A stretch of DNA of 64,000 nt. Origin: Selaginella moellendorffii. Taxonomy: Eukaryota > Plantae > Lycopodiophyta. Under the pieces are notes generated by a model, which saw only the letters and a list, made by a program, of their open reading frames with translations, had not been told where the DNA came from and searched no databases. Made by a program: the position numbers and the translations under genes. Shown here piece by piece: positions 43,274 through 55,936 of this stretch. Each line of letters starts with the position of its first letter. Positions within the stretch are counted from its first letter, which is position 1. Location: assembly GCF_000143415.4 (NCBI RefSeq), contig NW_003314291.1, positions 1,158,517 to 1,222,516 of the forward strand. The letters run 5' to 3'.

Positions 43274-45269
43274 GCTTCGTGATGTGTATCCTTCACTCTC
43301 TTGCTGTGTCATTGCGCGAGAATTTCTTCCTCATTTGTGGCCCCCTGGAGCATAAGATAAGGTTCCAGCAGCAATGCAAATGCGATCGGGAGCAGCGTGC
43401 ATGCCGGCTGTAAGAAATGGTGGTGAATGTTGTGCTCGGCCGACCTTGTTCAACCCGTATGAGCGGATGGCTCGCACTGTTGAAGCGAAAGCGCACTGAC
43501 CATGAATGATCCGAGGATGGAAAATGTGGTAAAACACAAAAGATGATCCTGTGATTGCTCGCAAACAAATCGAGGAATGTTCTTGCAATAGCTGGTCAAT
43601 GTCTACAACTCAGGATCCCAACTAATTTAGCAAGATCACATCTTGGTTTGGAGAACATAGAGAGAGATCCTTGAAAAGAAAACTGTCTAATGTCAATCAA
43701 CAAACCGTCCTAAGGGAAGGGCGATACATAACTGCATATTCATATGCCACTACGTCCCAGTCCCCTATGCTCAAGTCGAAAACAAATAAGGTCGACGTCT
43801 CTGTAGTCGAAAAGACAAAAAGGTTTCTCTCAGCACATAGAACAATGGGAAAACACTCATTCATGTGAGACCATAGCAACGGATTTTTGTGTTACGTCCA
43901 AATTGGTATATGGGTATTCATGTGGCCAATTTTGGTATGGTTTCTTATAGCCCAGATAGTGAATAGTTTTCTATATAGATTATTTTTCACTTTATCCAAA
44001 TAGTTTTATAGAGATGGTTATTCATATAGATTATAGTGTGATCAATTATTTATATTACAACTAATAATCCAATCTGCACTAAAGCTCAATTATTTTGTGC
44101 CCAATTCCCATGATTTTTTATTTGTAAAAGCTATATGGCGAAATATTTCCTTCTTGTTCATAAAGTTACTATAAGCCCATAACAGTATCAAGTTGCAAAG
44201 TCTCCAACTCATGCATGCTTGAAAGTGTTTATTTGCTTATATAAATAAATAAAAAGATTTAACATCACTCTCCAAGAATTACAAGATGGATTTTCCAACT
44301 ATTTAAGTTCTTAGCATATTGTTAACACTCTCTAGCCATTTAATCTATATAGTTTGCACCAATATAACCTTTGCAACATGGGTAAGCCAATTCAAAATTT
44401 CCACTGTGTTTTTAATTGTTTTGTTTTTGTTATAAAGAACATTTAAAAATTAATATAAACCACATTGTTTTGTTATTGTTGGAAAAAAATTCCAGAAATT
44501 GATGTAAAACAACATGTAAAATCATATAGAACTACCAAAACATAATAAAAATTATATAGTTGGATTATTTAGATATTATTTATGTTTACCTTTAAGATAG
44601 AGTATAGCTCCATTTCTCTTGGCTTGTTTGCTGTAGTGGGGCCAGGGGCGGAGCACGGCCACCTCAAGAACATCAGCTTCGTTCCAGATCGATGCCTCGA
44701 GGAGCTCTACTCGCAGACCTTCAGACCTTCGAGCGGAATGCCTCCTCCGTGGGAGCTGCTGCAAGCCGCGGGGCACAGCCCAATCTCTCCGACTTCAACG
44801 TTCTCGTAACGGCCAACGGAGAGCTCGCGGTCTCGAACGAGTGCCGGGATCGCTGGAGCCACTGTTGACCGAAGGAAGAAAACGTGGTCAACGAGACGCT
44901 GACCAGATCAAGTCCCGGCCGCCGCCGCTGGACTTGCGGAGGGGCGATCGAGCTGCGTCGACACCAAAATCACTAGCTTGGTTGGGAGCCTTGCTCCATC
45001 TTCCAGGCTGATCCCGCGAGAGACCATCCAGAGAGCACCACTGGAGCTCTCTCGGGCGAAGTTGAATCCAGCATGGCGGAGGGCTCTCTGGCAGGTCATT
45101 CTCTCGACGAGCTGGGCCGAGGATGCGTCACAGGCTGTCCGGGATGAAGTTGCGAGAGATCAAACAAGCTGGGAGCAGTCGTTTGTTTGGAGAGCACTAT
45201 CCGCGGTTGTATGGTGTGTCATCGCCTCTGCGCATTGACCAGGGCCATCTCCGCTCCTGGAGCTTTTGT

Positions 45270-46400
45270 TTCTCAAAGATCTTTAAGCAGGTTTGCGAGG
45301 CAGTGGATCTCTCCCAGTGCTCTTCCAAGCTTTTTAGAGCCTCAGAAGCTCTAACGCAAACCATCTGTTCCTGACACCGTCTTTGACAGATATATCCAAG
45401 CGTCTCCTCTTATCGTCTTTCGTTTTCGGCTCCGGTATCACAAACCAGTTCTGATGGGACTGCCTTCAGCTTGACAAACATTTCGAACTGGATACTGTAC
45501 TCCGAATCCCAATTCTGTGACTCCGCTCTTTCAAAAATGCTCCGGTCCAGCCTTTCAATGGTCCTGCTGATCACCCAAATGTGATCAAACCGTGGTGGAC
45601 GTGGACCTGCTTCCACGCTATGGCTTAGACGAACATAAAGACCATAGAGTAGAGTCGACATGAGCAGCAGAGACGAGAACTTCAAATCACATAGCACGCC
45701 ATCCAGATTCGTATCAACCACCACACCTTCAGACAGCAGAAGTTCCACAGTTTCATCGTGGGGGACTTTGACGTTGCAACCGGCTCTCAATAGCAACAAG
45801 AGCAGCTCCTTTCCACGGGGCTCAAGAGCCTTGCAGGCGGAGATAATAGCATAGTACGTAGCCTTGACGAAAATCTTGAAAATGAATTTGTCCTTGTGCA
45901 GTTGCAGCCACATTTCAAGAGTCTTCGTCGTCTTGTCGATGAACTCTCGGTGCAGCAACTCACAGCATGCGCCTACCAGTCCCTTGTGTCCCGACGTCAA
46001 TTCCAGCATCGACGCAGCTATAGCTTCCCTGTCAACTGAGATGAATGTATCCTTCTCGTACTGCCACAGCAACGACTCTATGTCTGACAGTGTAAAACCG
46101 GTGGAAACCATTCGAACTCGTCCGAAAACGGAGAGTTTTCAGCGCCTGGCGAGGGAAGATAGAAACCGGGAGGAGCCCCTTAGGTTCTCTTTCCACGGGC
46201 AAGTTTCAGCTCCAACAGCAACGAATCTGTGCCAATAGCTAAGACCGAGAGCAGCCGATTCTTGTACCGGTCCTGCTTCAAGTTCCGCAATGTGGCGAGA
46301 AACGATTGCTTAAAATCTTTAGACAGCTTCGAAAAAATGCTCAACTCGTCAACACCAGCCTGTCGTCTTTCCCTTGACCCTTTTTGAACATGCTTATAAA
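45270..46400 (-). pseudogene. Crinkler-type P-loop NTPase (STAND/AAA-like) + PD-(D/E)xK nuclease gene remnant
   Basis: Hand translation gives VDE..FLATLRNLKQDR..LLSVLAIG..SPF..GFTLSDIESLLWQY..LELTSGHKGLVGAC..LLSEGVV..FSSLL..SEYSIQFEMF..VIPEPK..RRRLDISVKDG..FALEL..SLEEHWERS. Frameshifted; Walker A not recognisable. Confidence 0.6.
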
Positions 46401-46629
46401 CTTACTGGAGCCAAAAGTCATAGTTGGATCCGGCTCAAGGTCCCCACTCGAACGCAGAAACTCCACAACCATGTTCCCTATCAGTAAGCTGTGGATCTAC
46501 AATCTGCCCGTAGATACAGGAGAACTTTGATAGCCAACCTGTCAAACCAGTAGCGTCCTATAACTTAATGCTCTCATCGTTTTCTCAAAGTGGTGTTATA
46601 GAAATGGCTGTGAGTTGTTTTAGTGAATG

Positions 46630-47050
46630 CAGGAAAGGAATCTCGTGTCCTGGGATGTAATGCTTGCTGCGTATGCCCATATCGGGCATCTTGGTCGATG
46701 CTGGAATATCTTCGCGGCACAACCTGAGAGAGACACAGTCTCGTGGGGCACAATTTTAGCTGCGTGATTCCAAAGACGCATTCAAGATTTTTAGCAGCAT
46801 GAATCTGATCGGCACAACAGCTGATGAAGCTTGTTTTGTATCACTTCTCGTGGCCTGTAGCCGTGGAGGCAAGCTCTACGCGGCCAAAACTTACTTGGCT
46901 TCCATGGTGGATTGAAGCCTTTGAAGCAGCACTACTGCTGTGTGATAAACTTGCTGGCCAAAGCTGGGCACCTTGAAAGTGCTGCGAATCTTATCACTGA
47001 GATGCCTTTTGTGCCTTTTGTGCCCTGGAGTGGACGTGCTTGCTCTCAGG
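46630..47050 (+). pseudogene. C-terminal PLS/E PPR fragment
   Basis: NLVSWDVMLAAYAHIGH, DEACFVSLLVACSRGG, QHYCCVINLLAKAGHL..MPFVP, with stops and frameshifts. Confidence 0.78.
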
Positions 47051-47699
47051 AACTTAGTGTTATTTTAAAATGTCTTTAGAGAGGATGATTTGCCATTGTC
47101 TGCCATCGTCAATTTATAAATTGAGATTTTTGTTTTCTTCTTTGTTTTGCTGAAATAATTCAGAAGCCATGTTTACTGCTGCTAAGAAACAAGTTCGTTC
47201 CACAATTCTTCAAGCTAGAAGTAGGACAAAAGCAAGCTCCCCTTCTTCTTATAGATGGCATTGTTCTAGAATTCCTTCTTGGCCACTAAGCTAAGAGGGA
47301 GAGGATGATTCACCACATTTCTTTAGAAGTAGGAGCTAAACCAAGTTCCCCTTCTTCTAGCTAAGATGCTAGCTCCACACAGTAATTCTAGTGTAGATCC
47401 ATGGACCTCTTCCACTGGATGCTGCTTGAAGGGCTTTATCTCACTCTCGGGATTGTTCTCAATGTTTGTGCCCGGATTGAAGCTCTGGAGTGATCCACCA
47501 AAGCTTGATGCAAAGTGGGATGACCACCCTGAACTACGCTGTTGGGAGCCCCGGCAACGTCATGTCCCTGTTCTTAAAGTTTCGAGCATCCTACGGTCTC
47601 GACCAATGCAGAAGAGCTAGGATGATTAGATGAAGATTCACAAAAACAGAAGATTGCTGCAAAAGCAAAAGCAATCTAGGGTTCTTACACTCTTAATTA

Positions 47700-47962
47700 C
47701 ATACTTTTAGCTTTTTTAATATCATAAACGTTCCTACTATGTTGGCAATAACAGGAAGAAGAGTCAATGATCCCAATCCAGTTATGATGCTTGGTGGTGG
47801 TGGTGAGGATGGTGGCAATGGTGGCAATCATGTCTCCTCACCTAACATGAACTCCTCAACCATTGATGGCTCCTCATCCATGGAACCCATGGATGACGAT
47901 CATGGACACATCTCCTCACCCATAGACTCCCGGACCAGTGAGACCAACTCTGCCATGAACTC
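47700..47962 (-). pseudogene. Partial copy A of the coiled-coil/polyproline/hydrophobic-tail family
   Basis: FMAELVSLVRESMGEEMCP..GSMDEEPSMVEE..LPPLPPSSPP..SIITGLGSLTLLPVIANIVGT, closely similar to 51501-51935. Confidence 0.7.
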
Positions 47963-47989
47963 ACGTTTCATGTTTGTGTTTAACATGTA

Positions 47990-50670
47990 TATTATTATTT
48001 TTTGTAACTCTTTTCTTAGTTTTACTTGGGGTCTGGGTAGTAGTATTAGTGTTTTTAATATTTTTGAGTTTAAGGGTATATATAATTTTTTATTTCTAGA
48101 TTAGACTTTAGTTTTCCAATAGTGCTATTTTTTTTATTGAGCAATCCTTTCTGAGTAATATATTAATGTTCTTAAAATCTTAGTTATATATTTATTCATA
48201 TTCCAAGTAAACACATAATAATTAAATAATGCTTCCCTAAATTAATAATATTTAATCTTAGTAATTCTTCTTTACTTTTATATGAGTCTGGGTAGTAATA
48301 AATATTAGCTTTTTTTACCATTTCAGGATTCTAAATTTGTTTGATCCCAAAGTAAAAATATACTTTACATATAACATCTAATTAAGAAAATTATTTTTTA
48401 GTAATTCTTCATTTAATTTTTTTTGGGAGTGTATTTTTAATCTAATAACTATGAAAAAGTATTCTTAGCAATTTTTGTTTTACTTTACTCTGGGTTGGGT
48501 ATTAAGTTTCATAAAATTTTAATATTCTAAATATATTCATATTCCCAAGTGGTGCTTTGTATATATTATCTTTATTACTAATATTTACTTACTAATTCTT
48601 CTTTTCTCACTTTGGGAATATATTAGTATGTTAAATATATAGTCTATATTATATAATATTGTGTGTGTATATAGAGATATCAAAAGGAAAAATGCATATA
48701 AAATTATTGATTTTTGTACTCATACAGCATTTGTTGGGCAATATGTCACATACAAAGTGTTAACTAGCATTAACACTCAACCTTTTGCAATGGAGACCCT
48801 TTGAAATTGAGAGAGTAAATTCTAAGGTTTAGTGGAGAGTGTTTGCTATGACAGCAGGCCTAACTTTTGGTGCCTTCAAGTTATGATTCAAGTTTATATG
48901 TGAATCTCTTCCCCTCAATTTAGGGTTTTGTGAGCTATGGCACATCCTCTTGCTAATCCCTAGCATTGGCACTTCACATTCATCCCAAATGCACAAATTC
49001 TTGTACAGCACCCTTCTTTTCTCATTGTGGCTACTGGTTTGCTACCTGTTTTGGGAATTGAGATGAGCTACAACACCACTGGAGCTACTGTTGTAAGTTG
49101 ATTTTCTTGCAATGAGATTACATTTTCTCAAATTTCTTATTATGTCACTAATGATGGAAAGATTTTGGGAGAGTCATTGAGATTGCAAGTACTCTTTTTT
49201 TTCTCTTCTTCATTTTTATTCTTTTTTGTTTTGTTTCTTTGGATTCAAGGCAAAGTTGCTTCAACAGTATGATAGTGTGATGCCTCTAGCAACATGTCTA
49301 AACCACAAGCTTGCAGCAGTAGCTGTGGCAATTGGTCCTTGGCTTGAGTTCATGCTTGGATGGTGACATTCTTTGTGATTTTTCCATTGGGAGGATTATG
49401 TTGGGCAGCACATTGAAGAATTGATTGGCATGTAATTTCTCAGCCACTAGCATCAGAGAAGCAACTTACATGCTTCTCATTGTGGCAGATTCCCATGGTC
49501 ACCAGGATGGTAAGTTTTTTACTTTCTTTACCAAGTGAATTCATAGGTGCAGAGATTGGGACATTGGGTGTTGAGTGCTAGCCAAACTCTAACAATAGGT
49601 TCTGTCTCTTGCTATGGTGATGAAAGTGTGGTATCAAAATATTTTAGGTTATCCAAATGGTAATGCATAGTGCTCTTGCTAATCTAACCAATGACAAGTT
49701 GTACCTATGATAAATTATCAAAATCCAAAACTGCTAGAGATTTGAATTCTGTTTAACAGGTTACCCTAATAGAGTGAATATTTATTTTTAAGTGAACAGC
49801 TTTATTTTTAATTATTTACTAATAAATTAATCAAATTTATAAAATTATTATATTTTATAAATTATTATAATCTTTGAATATTTTAGGTCATAATTAAATT
49901 TTATAATTTAATTTAGCAGAAATATAATAAGAAAACTGTATTCTAGAATAATCTTATTTCATAAGAATAAACTAGAATATATTAGATGGTAAATGTGGGT
50001 TGACTTAATTTTATGAATGTGTAGGATCATGATCAAAGCTTCAAGTGTTAATATAAGAAAATTAAACAATTTCAACAATAGAAGTACATATTATATATTT
50101 ATATGTAGCCTTAGCTATTAACAATCTAACTCATTATCAAAAAAAACTAAAACAATGTATGCAGTATTTGATTAAGCAGTAGTATTTTAAATTCTTTTTC
50201 CTATTATAAGTATAGTTTATTAGTAATAATACTATGGAATTACAGTTTCTATAGCATATATATTTACAAAAACATTTGTTAGTAATTATTTTCATGACTG
50301 GATCTGGGTAGTAATATATTAATGTAAACTTATTGTTTTATATTCTAAGTAAAAACCATAATTAAGTAATGTCTTGCTAATAAAAATGAAATATACTTAT
50401 TCTTAGTAATTATTCTCTTCTGTTTGATAAAATCTTTATATACGCTTATCTCAACTAAAAATATAATTTACATATAACATATTATTAATAATAGAAATTT
50501 CATTTTTACTTTTTTTAGGCCGGGTATTTTTCCAAATATATTCATATTTCAAAATAATATTTTGTACCTATTATTTTTATTACTGGATATTTAATCTTAC
50601 TTATGTCTAGGAATATATTTTGTTCTAAATATTTATATTATCAAGTTTACAAAAATTGATTTTTGTATTC
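47990..50670. repeat. Degenerate AT-rich repeat blocks at ~47990-48720 and ~50270-50670
   Basis: Recurrent tctgggtagta.ta, catattc.aagtaaa and ttagtaatt.ttc motifs are shared within and between the two blocks. Confidence 0.5.
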
Positions 50671-51500
50671 ACCTAATTCTTCTTTCAAAGTGAAATACAC
50701 TATTTACTATTCCAATTTAGTTTTTAATGTAAAAAAAGTATTTTGTTAACTGGGCAGCATATGCTAAGGCATTATATTTGTCATTTTCTTTCCTGGAAAA
50801 GTAGAATGGCAACAAATCCCCTGTAACCTCCACTCATTCCCTTTGAGAGAGAATGTTTGGAGCATGCTAAGCCCAGTGCCTGAACACAACATCTCTTACA
50901 CCACAACAAGATAGCAGAAAAGTAGCTTGGCTTGTCATCTCTCCCTCTCCACATTAATTCTTTGTTATCAGGCAATATAATAAAATGTGGAGTTTCCTCA
51001 TTCCAATAATCCTTGTCATAGCCATCCAAAAATTCATTAGCACCAACAAGAGAGTTTTGAATTTGGGGAACAGCCCTTAGTTGATTGATTGAGCTGCAAA
51101 ATGTGATCACACAGAAGGGCTCATTTTTTGGGTTAGAGCATATTCATGCTTATCTTCCAAAATAACATTTTGGAGCTGTGGCATGGACAAATATGCCCAA
51201 GCCGGGCATCAGGGGCCATGCTTCTTTTGTTCAAGGCTGAGGCCAAGGGAGGTGACCATCATCAAGGCACTCACAGTGTGTTCCGCCATCTCAGGGTGAG
51301 CATGGTGGAAGCTTGTTCGATACCACGGAGGGTACCAGCACTGCAAGGCACTCTCGACACTTGAAGCTCTTGAGCGATCCACCAAAAAGTGGTGTGAGCC
51401 CCGGCAGCGTCATGTTGTTCTTAAAGTTTCGAGCATCCATGAGAGCTTACAGTCTCGATAAGCCAGGTGAAGATTCACAAAAACAGAAGTTCTTACACTC

Positions 51501-52109
51501 CTAATTACATACTTTTAATATCATAAACGCTCCTATAAATGTTCCTACTATGTGGGCAATAACACGAAGAAGAGTTGATGATCCCAATCCAGTTATGATG
51601 CTGGTGATGATAGGAAGAAGACTCGATGATCCCAATTCAACTATGATGCTGATGATAACATGAAGAAGAGTCGATGATCCCAATCCAATTATAATGCTGG
51701 TGATGGTGCTGGTGGTGGTCCTAGTCCCTGTGCTATTCTTTGTCCCCTGTGGTGGTGATGGTGGTGGTGGTGGTGGTTGTGGTGAGGACGGTGGTAGTGG
51801 TGGCAATTGTGTCTTCTCACCCAACATGCTCTCTTCAACCATGGATGGCTCCTCATCCATGGAACCCAACGATCGTGGACACATCTCCTCATGCATAGAC
51901 TCCCGGACCAGCGAGACCAACTCCGCCATAAACTCCCGGACCAGCTGCAGTGGCGTCGACAGCAGCGGAGGCGGCAGCGGCAGAGGCAGAGGAGGAGGCG
52001 GCAGCTGCAGTGGCGGCATCGGCGGCAATTGCTTCAATAGCTCTTGGAGTTGTTGTTCCACCACTGCCAATCGCTGTTCAAGGAGCGCCACTCGGTGGTA
52101 AGGCACCAT
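51501..52109 (-). CDS. Copy B: uncharacterised coiled-coil / polyproline / hydrophobic C-terminal protein (~200 aa)
   Basis: Open ORF MVPYHRVALLEQRLAVVEQQLQELLKQ-polyP...three 16-aa hydrophobic repeats; two paralogues lie in the window. Confidence 0.55.
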   Translation of the reverse strand: MVPYHRVALLEQRLAVVEQQLQELLKQLPPMPPLQLPPPPLPLPLPPPLLSTPLQLVREFMAELVSLVRESMHEEMCPRSLGSMDEEPSMVEESMLGEKTQLPPLPPSSPQPPPPPPSPPQGTKNSTGTRTTTSTITSIIIGLGSSTLLHVIISIIVELGSSSLLPIITSIITGLGSSTLLRVIAHIVGTFIGAFMILKVCN

Positions 52110-52939
52110 AGATTGATCCACCCAAACCCTTCCCGAAAGCCCTAAAATAATAGTATTTTATCTTGATGCAATCCTTTTTGGTGGCACCAAAAAGGATACA
52201 CATACATTTGCTGGTCCATCAAACCGTGAAAAGCGGCAATCTCGAAGGACTGTCAACTGGCTGAGCGCGTCAAAGGTGGCGGGCTTTCATCCCGCCGGCC
52301 CAGGACGGTCCCAGAAGTATACAACTCCGAGGGTGGCGGGGCTTGGATGAGTGTCGCCGAGACGCTCGAGGGGTGGGCTCGGACGTGACGTGCCCGGCTC
52401 GGGGGATACCAGTTGGGATCATCGCGGTGGAGATGCAGACGGCCATGCAAGTGATCCCCACTGACCCTGGACAGCTCGACTCGCAGGTGGCCGCACTTCA
52501 TCCGGCTTCTCGGGTGGCCAAAGAGATTTCTTCAAGGGAGTTTTACAAGCCTGATCCACCATCATCGAGCACCTCCGCACCTATCAGCGTCTTGTGCCCC
52601 GGAATGGCGAGCTTCGAGGCGGCGCCTGGGTCCTTATCTCAGCTACTCCCCCGGCCTTGAGCAGCCCGGCTCTAGCCGTGCTGTTGACGTACATCTCAAC
52701 TTTGTCTACCGTTTAGCTCTGATCTCCTCTTCGTCTTGCTCGTGTTAGGGATCCTGCCGCCAGGCAAGCACTCAAGGAGCAAATTAAAGCAGCACTACTG
52801 TAAAGCTCACTCCTGTTGTTATTCCTTTTCCAAGGCACGGAGGAGCTCCGTTCTCTCAGCAACGATCCCACCTCCGTTCTGATCACCTACGTAAAATTGT
52901 TTGGTTCACATTCAAATAAAAGAAAAAATAACTTCACCT

Positions 52940-55200
52940 CAGTTCTCAAGCCTGAGCAGCGCGTCCGTTATTACACAAGTCCAAGCTTTGTTAGTTGGGG
53001 CCGAGCACAGGTAATGGAGAAGGTAGTCATTTTGGAGGCGGTTGTTGCTGCAAGATAGGGACTTGATAGCGGACATGAGCTCCCTGTTCCTCGACTGGAT
53101 TGTTCTGCCAATGCAAAGCTCCTGTAGCAAAGCCAACTTAGTACATGTTTCCTTTTAACTGGACACATACCAGTAAGAACTCCAAATGAGGTGTCTTCTC
53201 CAGGTACTGCGCAAGTGCATCTCCAAGGTACGAAAGTGAAACGTTGCAGACAACACCACTGATCGCAACGGCCTCCACGCATTTCTGAATCAGCAGCGGC
53301 TCGTTCAACCGGAGTGCCAGCATCAGTGCTCATGAATAACACTTGCTTTCCAGCGCATCATTGATTGCCTACACAAAAGCCACAAAACGCTTCACATCCA
53401 GTGCGCTCATAAACACACCTCCGGTGTGACATCCACATTGAGATCGGTGGGATCAAAAACAAGGTTGTCCATTGAGTAGGCTTTCCGTTGTTGCCGCTGC
53501 TGCCAGTTGGAGATATCCTGACGCACTTGGTGCATATAACTGGCCTCGCAGCGCCAACTTGCCTCTAACTTGATCATCGCCACTGGCCTGTAATAGTCAT
53601 CGATCAGAACTATAGGACCTGCTGCAGTCATTCTCTTCGAGTTTAGAAAGTCCAGAACACCATCCAACGAATAGTTGTGAGATATCTGAAGCCTTCGTAG
53701 CAAACCCTGCACAGACGATATCTCGCAAGCATGAAAGTCAAGCGAGCTTGTGCGTGATAAATACCTGGTCTGCTGCATCGTACATGCAAATGTACTTGCT
53801 GGTTCCTCCAGCAAGCAGTAGGCTGCCGTCGGCTGAGTAAGACATGGTCGTAAGCATTTGCCCGAGCTCGAGTTAGCGGCCGTTCTTCTATCGCTCATCA
53901 ATCTCCCTCCTGCAACGTCACGCCTGCCTTCTATCGTGCCCATTAGCACTCCGTCAATCGGGTCCCAGAAGTGGATCTGACCATCAAGTGTTGAGCAGCC
54001 CAGTTTCTTTCCGTCCGGGCGGTAAACCACGGTGAGCACGTCATGCGTATGGGTGAAGGTTTCAATCCCGCCCTTACCTTCAAACACATCCACAGGCGCA
54101 CGGTTTTGTCCCGTGACGAGGAAGCCAAGAACTCCTGTCAAGACGTGTTAGAAAGTGGAAAGGATTGTCGTGTAGGAGTACGGACGCCTGTAGGAGAAGA
54201 GGCCAAACCATGAACCGGTCCCTCGTGACCACTGAGGACGCGCTGCTCTCATGGACCAAACGTATATCTAGCAAGAGCAGTAAAGCTTGAAATGAATCGA
54301 GAAAAGGAAAGCGAGTAGAAAGCGACAAGATACCTGGAATGCGTGTTCCAGCACAGATGATCTCTCCACTTCGGTCTGCAGCCAATGACACAAACTGGGC
54401 GTGGTGAGGGTTCGATAGCGCATCAGATCCCATGCACGTACAGTACCATCGAGAACAGCATTACTTCCGGCCAAGAACAACACTGCAGTCACTGCATTTG
54501 TGTGCTCATGCTGACGAAACAGGATTCAGACGCAGCATTCCACAACTGCAACACACGAGAAAGGCATAAGCGATGGCGCAAGAAGAGAGTGATCACAGCC
54601 AGACCTTTACTTTGTTGTCATCGGTGCCGGTGGCAATCAGCTACGAATATGGTGAATATGCAACACAGTTGACGTCGAAGTAGTTTTCCGCTCCTGCTGA
54701 ATACTGCGGTATGCATGCACGTAAAGTTGGGGACTTGGGAGATGCCAAACACTCCAGACGAGAACCCGGCAACCAGGATGTTGAGTCGCATGACGAGATC
54801 CTTCCAGTGGAACAAGTGCTTCTTCACGAGCTCCCACTGCCCTTTATCCGGACATAGCTCCGTTTGCTGGCCATCGGATTCTTCCTTATTGGTAAGTGTG
54901 TGAAACCGAGGAGTCAAGTGATCCAAGCAAATACCTTGCGAAGCTACGTCTTCCTCGACTTTCCATGATCGCCACCACCACCAAGCACGGGAGATGGAAT
55001 CTTTTGAGCCCCCAGTGACACAGCCCTAGGTGCAGACCCGCTCTCAATGCTCTCGTTGCGGTGCGCAGAGAGCATGACTGGCCTTGCTCTGGAGCCTGAA
55101 AATCCTTGCAGGCACAGATGATTCAATTGCTGTTGGGGCTCTAGTTGAGGCTGTCGTGGATGCTGGAGAAAGTGTGGAGCAGCTGAAACGCCATGAACTC
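52940..55200 (-). pseudogene. PWP2: Periodic tryptophan protein 2 (UTP1) pseudogene, fragmented
   Basis: GQWELVKKH, LVAGFSSGVFG, DGTVRAWDLMRYR, FVSLAADRSGEIICAG, ASSSRDKTVRLW, DVLTVVYRPDGK..STLDGQIHFWD, IEGRRDVAGGR, LRLNE, TPHLEF; many frameshifts and deletions. Confidence 0.9.
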
Positions 55201-55364
55201 CTTGCGGCACCCGGGCATTCCACCAGCGGCAGCAGCACCAACAACAGGAGGCGAAAGCATTGCAAAAGGGATCGAGTTAAAGTCTTATTAATTGCAGTGG
55301 ATCTAGCAAAGCTTATGTTTCTTCTGCTACTGTTTCCTCCTTTATTTCAAAGTGAGGATTTCAT

Positions 55365-55910
55365 ATCCCACCGTTTGGCGCTCATTGAGCAGCAATTAAC
55401 AGTGGTAGAACAGCAAGTGCAAGAGCTGTTGAAGCAGTCACCGCCACTGATGCCGCCCCCGCAGCAGCAACCATCGCTGCCGCCGCCTCCTCCGTCCCCG
55501 GCCCCACCACTGTCAATGCCACCACTACCGATGCCACCCTTGCAGCAGCAGCTGTCGCAGCCGCCTCCTCCGCCCCCGGCCCCGCCGCTGTCACCGCTGC
55601 CACCCTGGTAGAGGTTCACTAGCTTGTTTAGGAGGCTATGGGCAATCCAATGGTTGAGGAGCCGTCCATGGCTAAGGGTGAGGAGACACGATTGCCGCCA
55701 CTGCTAGTGCCATGACCACCACAGCCACCATGACCGTTGCCACCGTCGTCACCACGGCCATCAGCACCACCACCACCACCACTGCAGGGGATGGGGACCA
55801 TCACCAGCACCATCACCAGTGTGATTAGTGGATTGGTATCAACATTTGTTGTTCCTGTTGTGGCCAGTGTAGTAGGAACGGCTATCATGCTCAGAAGGAG
55901 GCAGGTATGT
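55365..55910 (+). pseudogene. Copy C of the coiled-coil/polyproline/hydrophobic-tail family
   Basis: HRLALIEQQLTVVEQQVQELLKQ-polyP...MVEEPSM..TRLPPL..GTITSTITSVISGLVSTFVVPVVASVVGT, with stops and a frameshift in the middle. Confidence 0.7.
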
Positions 55911-55916
55911 AATCAG

Positions 55917-55936
55917 GTGTGTGTGTGTGTGTGTGT
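55917..55936 (+). repeat. (GT)10 microsatellite
   Basis: Read directly from the sequence. Confidence 0.9.

Noticed and set aside
44620-45240. Possible further PPR relic (HGHLKN.., PNLSDFNVLVTA..)
   Set aside because: The motifs are too degraded to support a call without an HMM search.
49000-49650. Coding-like island with splice-like signals (similar islands at 17250-17900, 20400-20900, 50780-51330 and 56960-57230)
   Set aside because: No family could be recognised by eye; BLASTX is needed.
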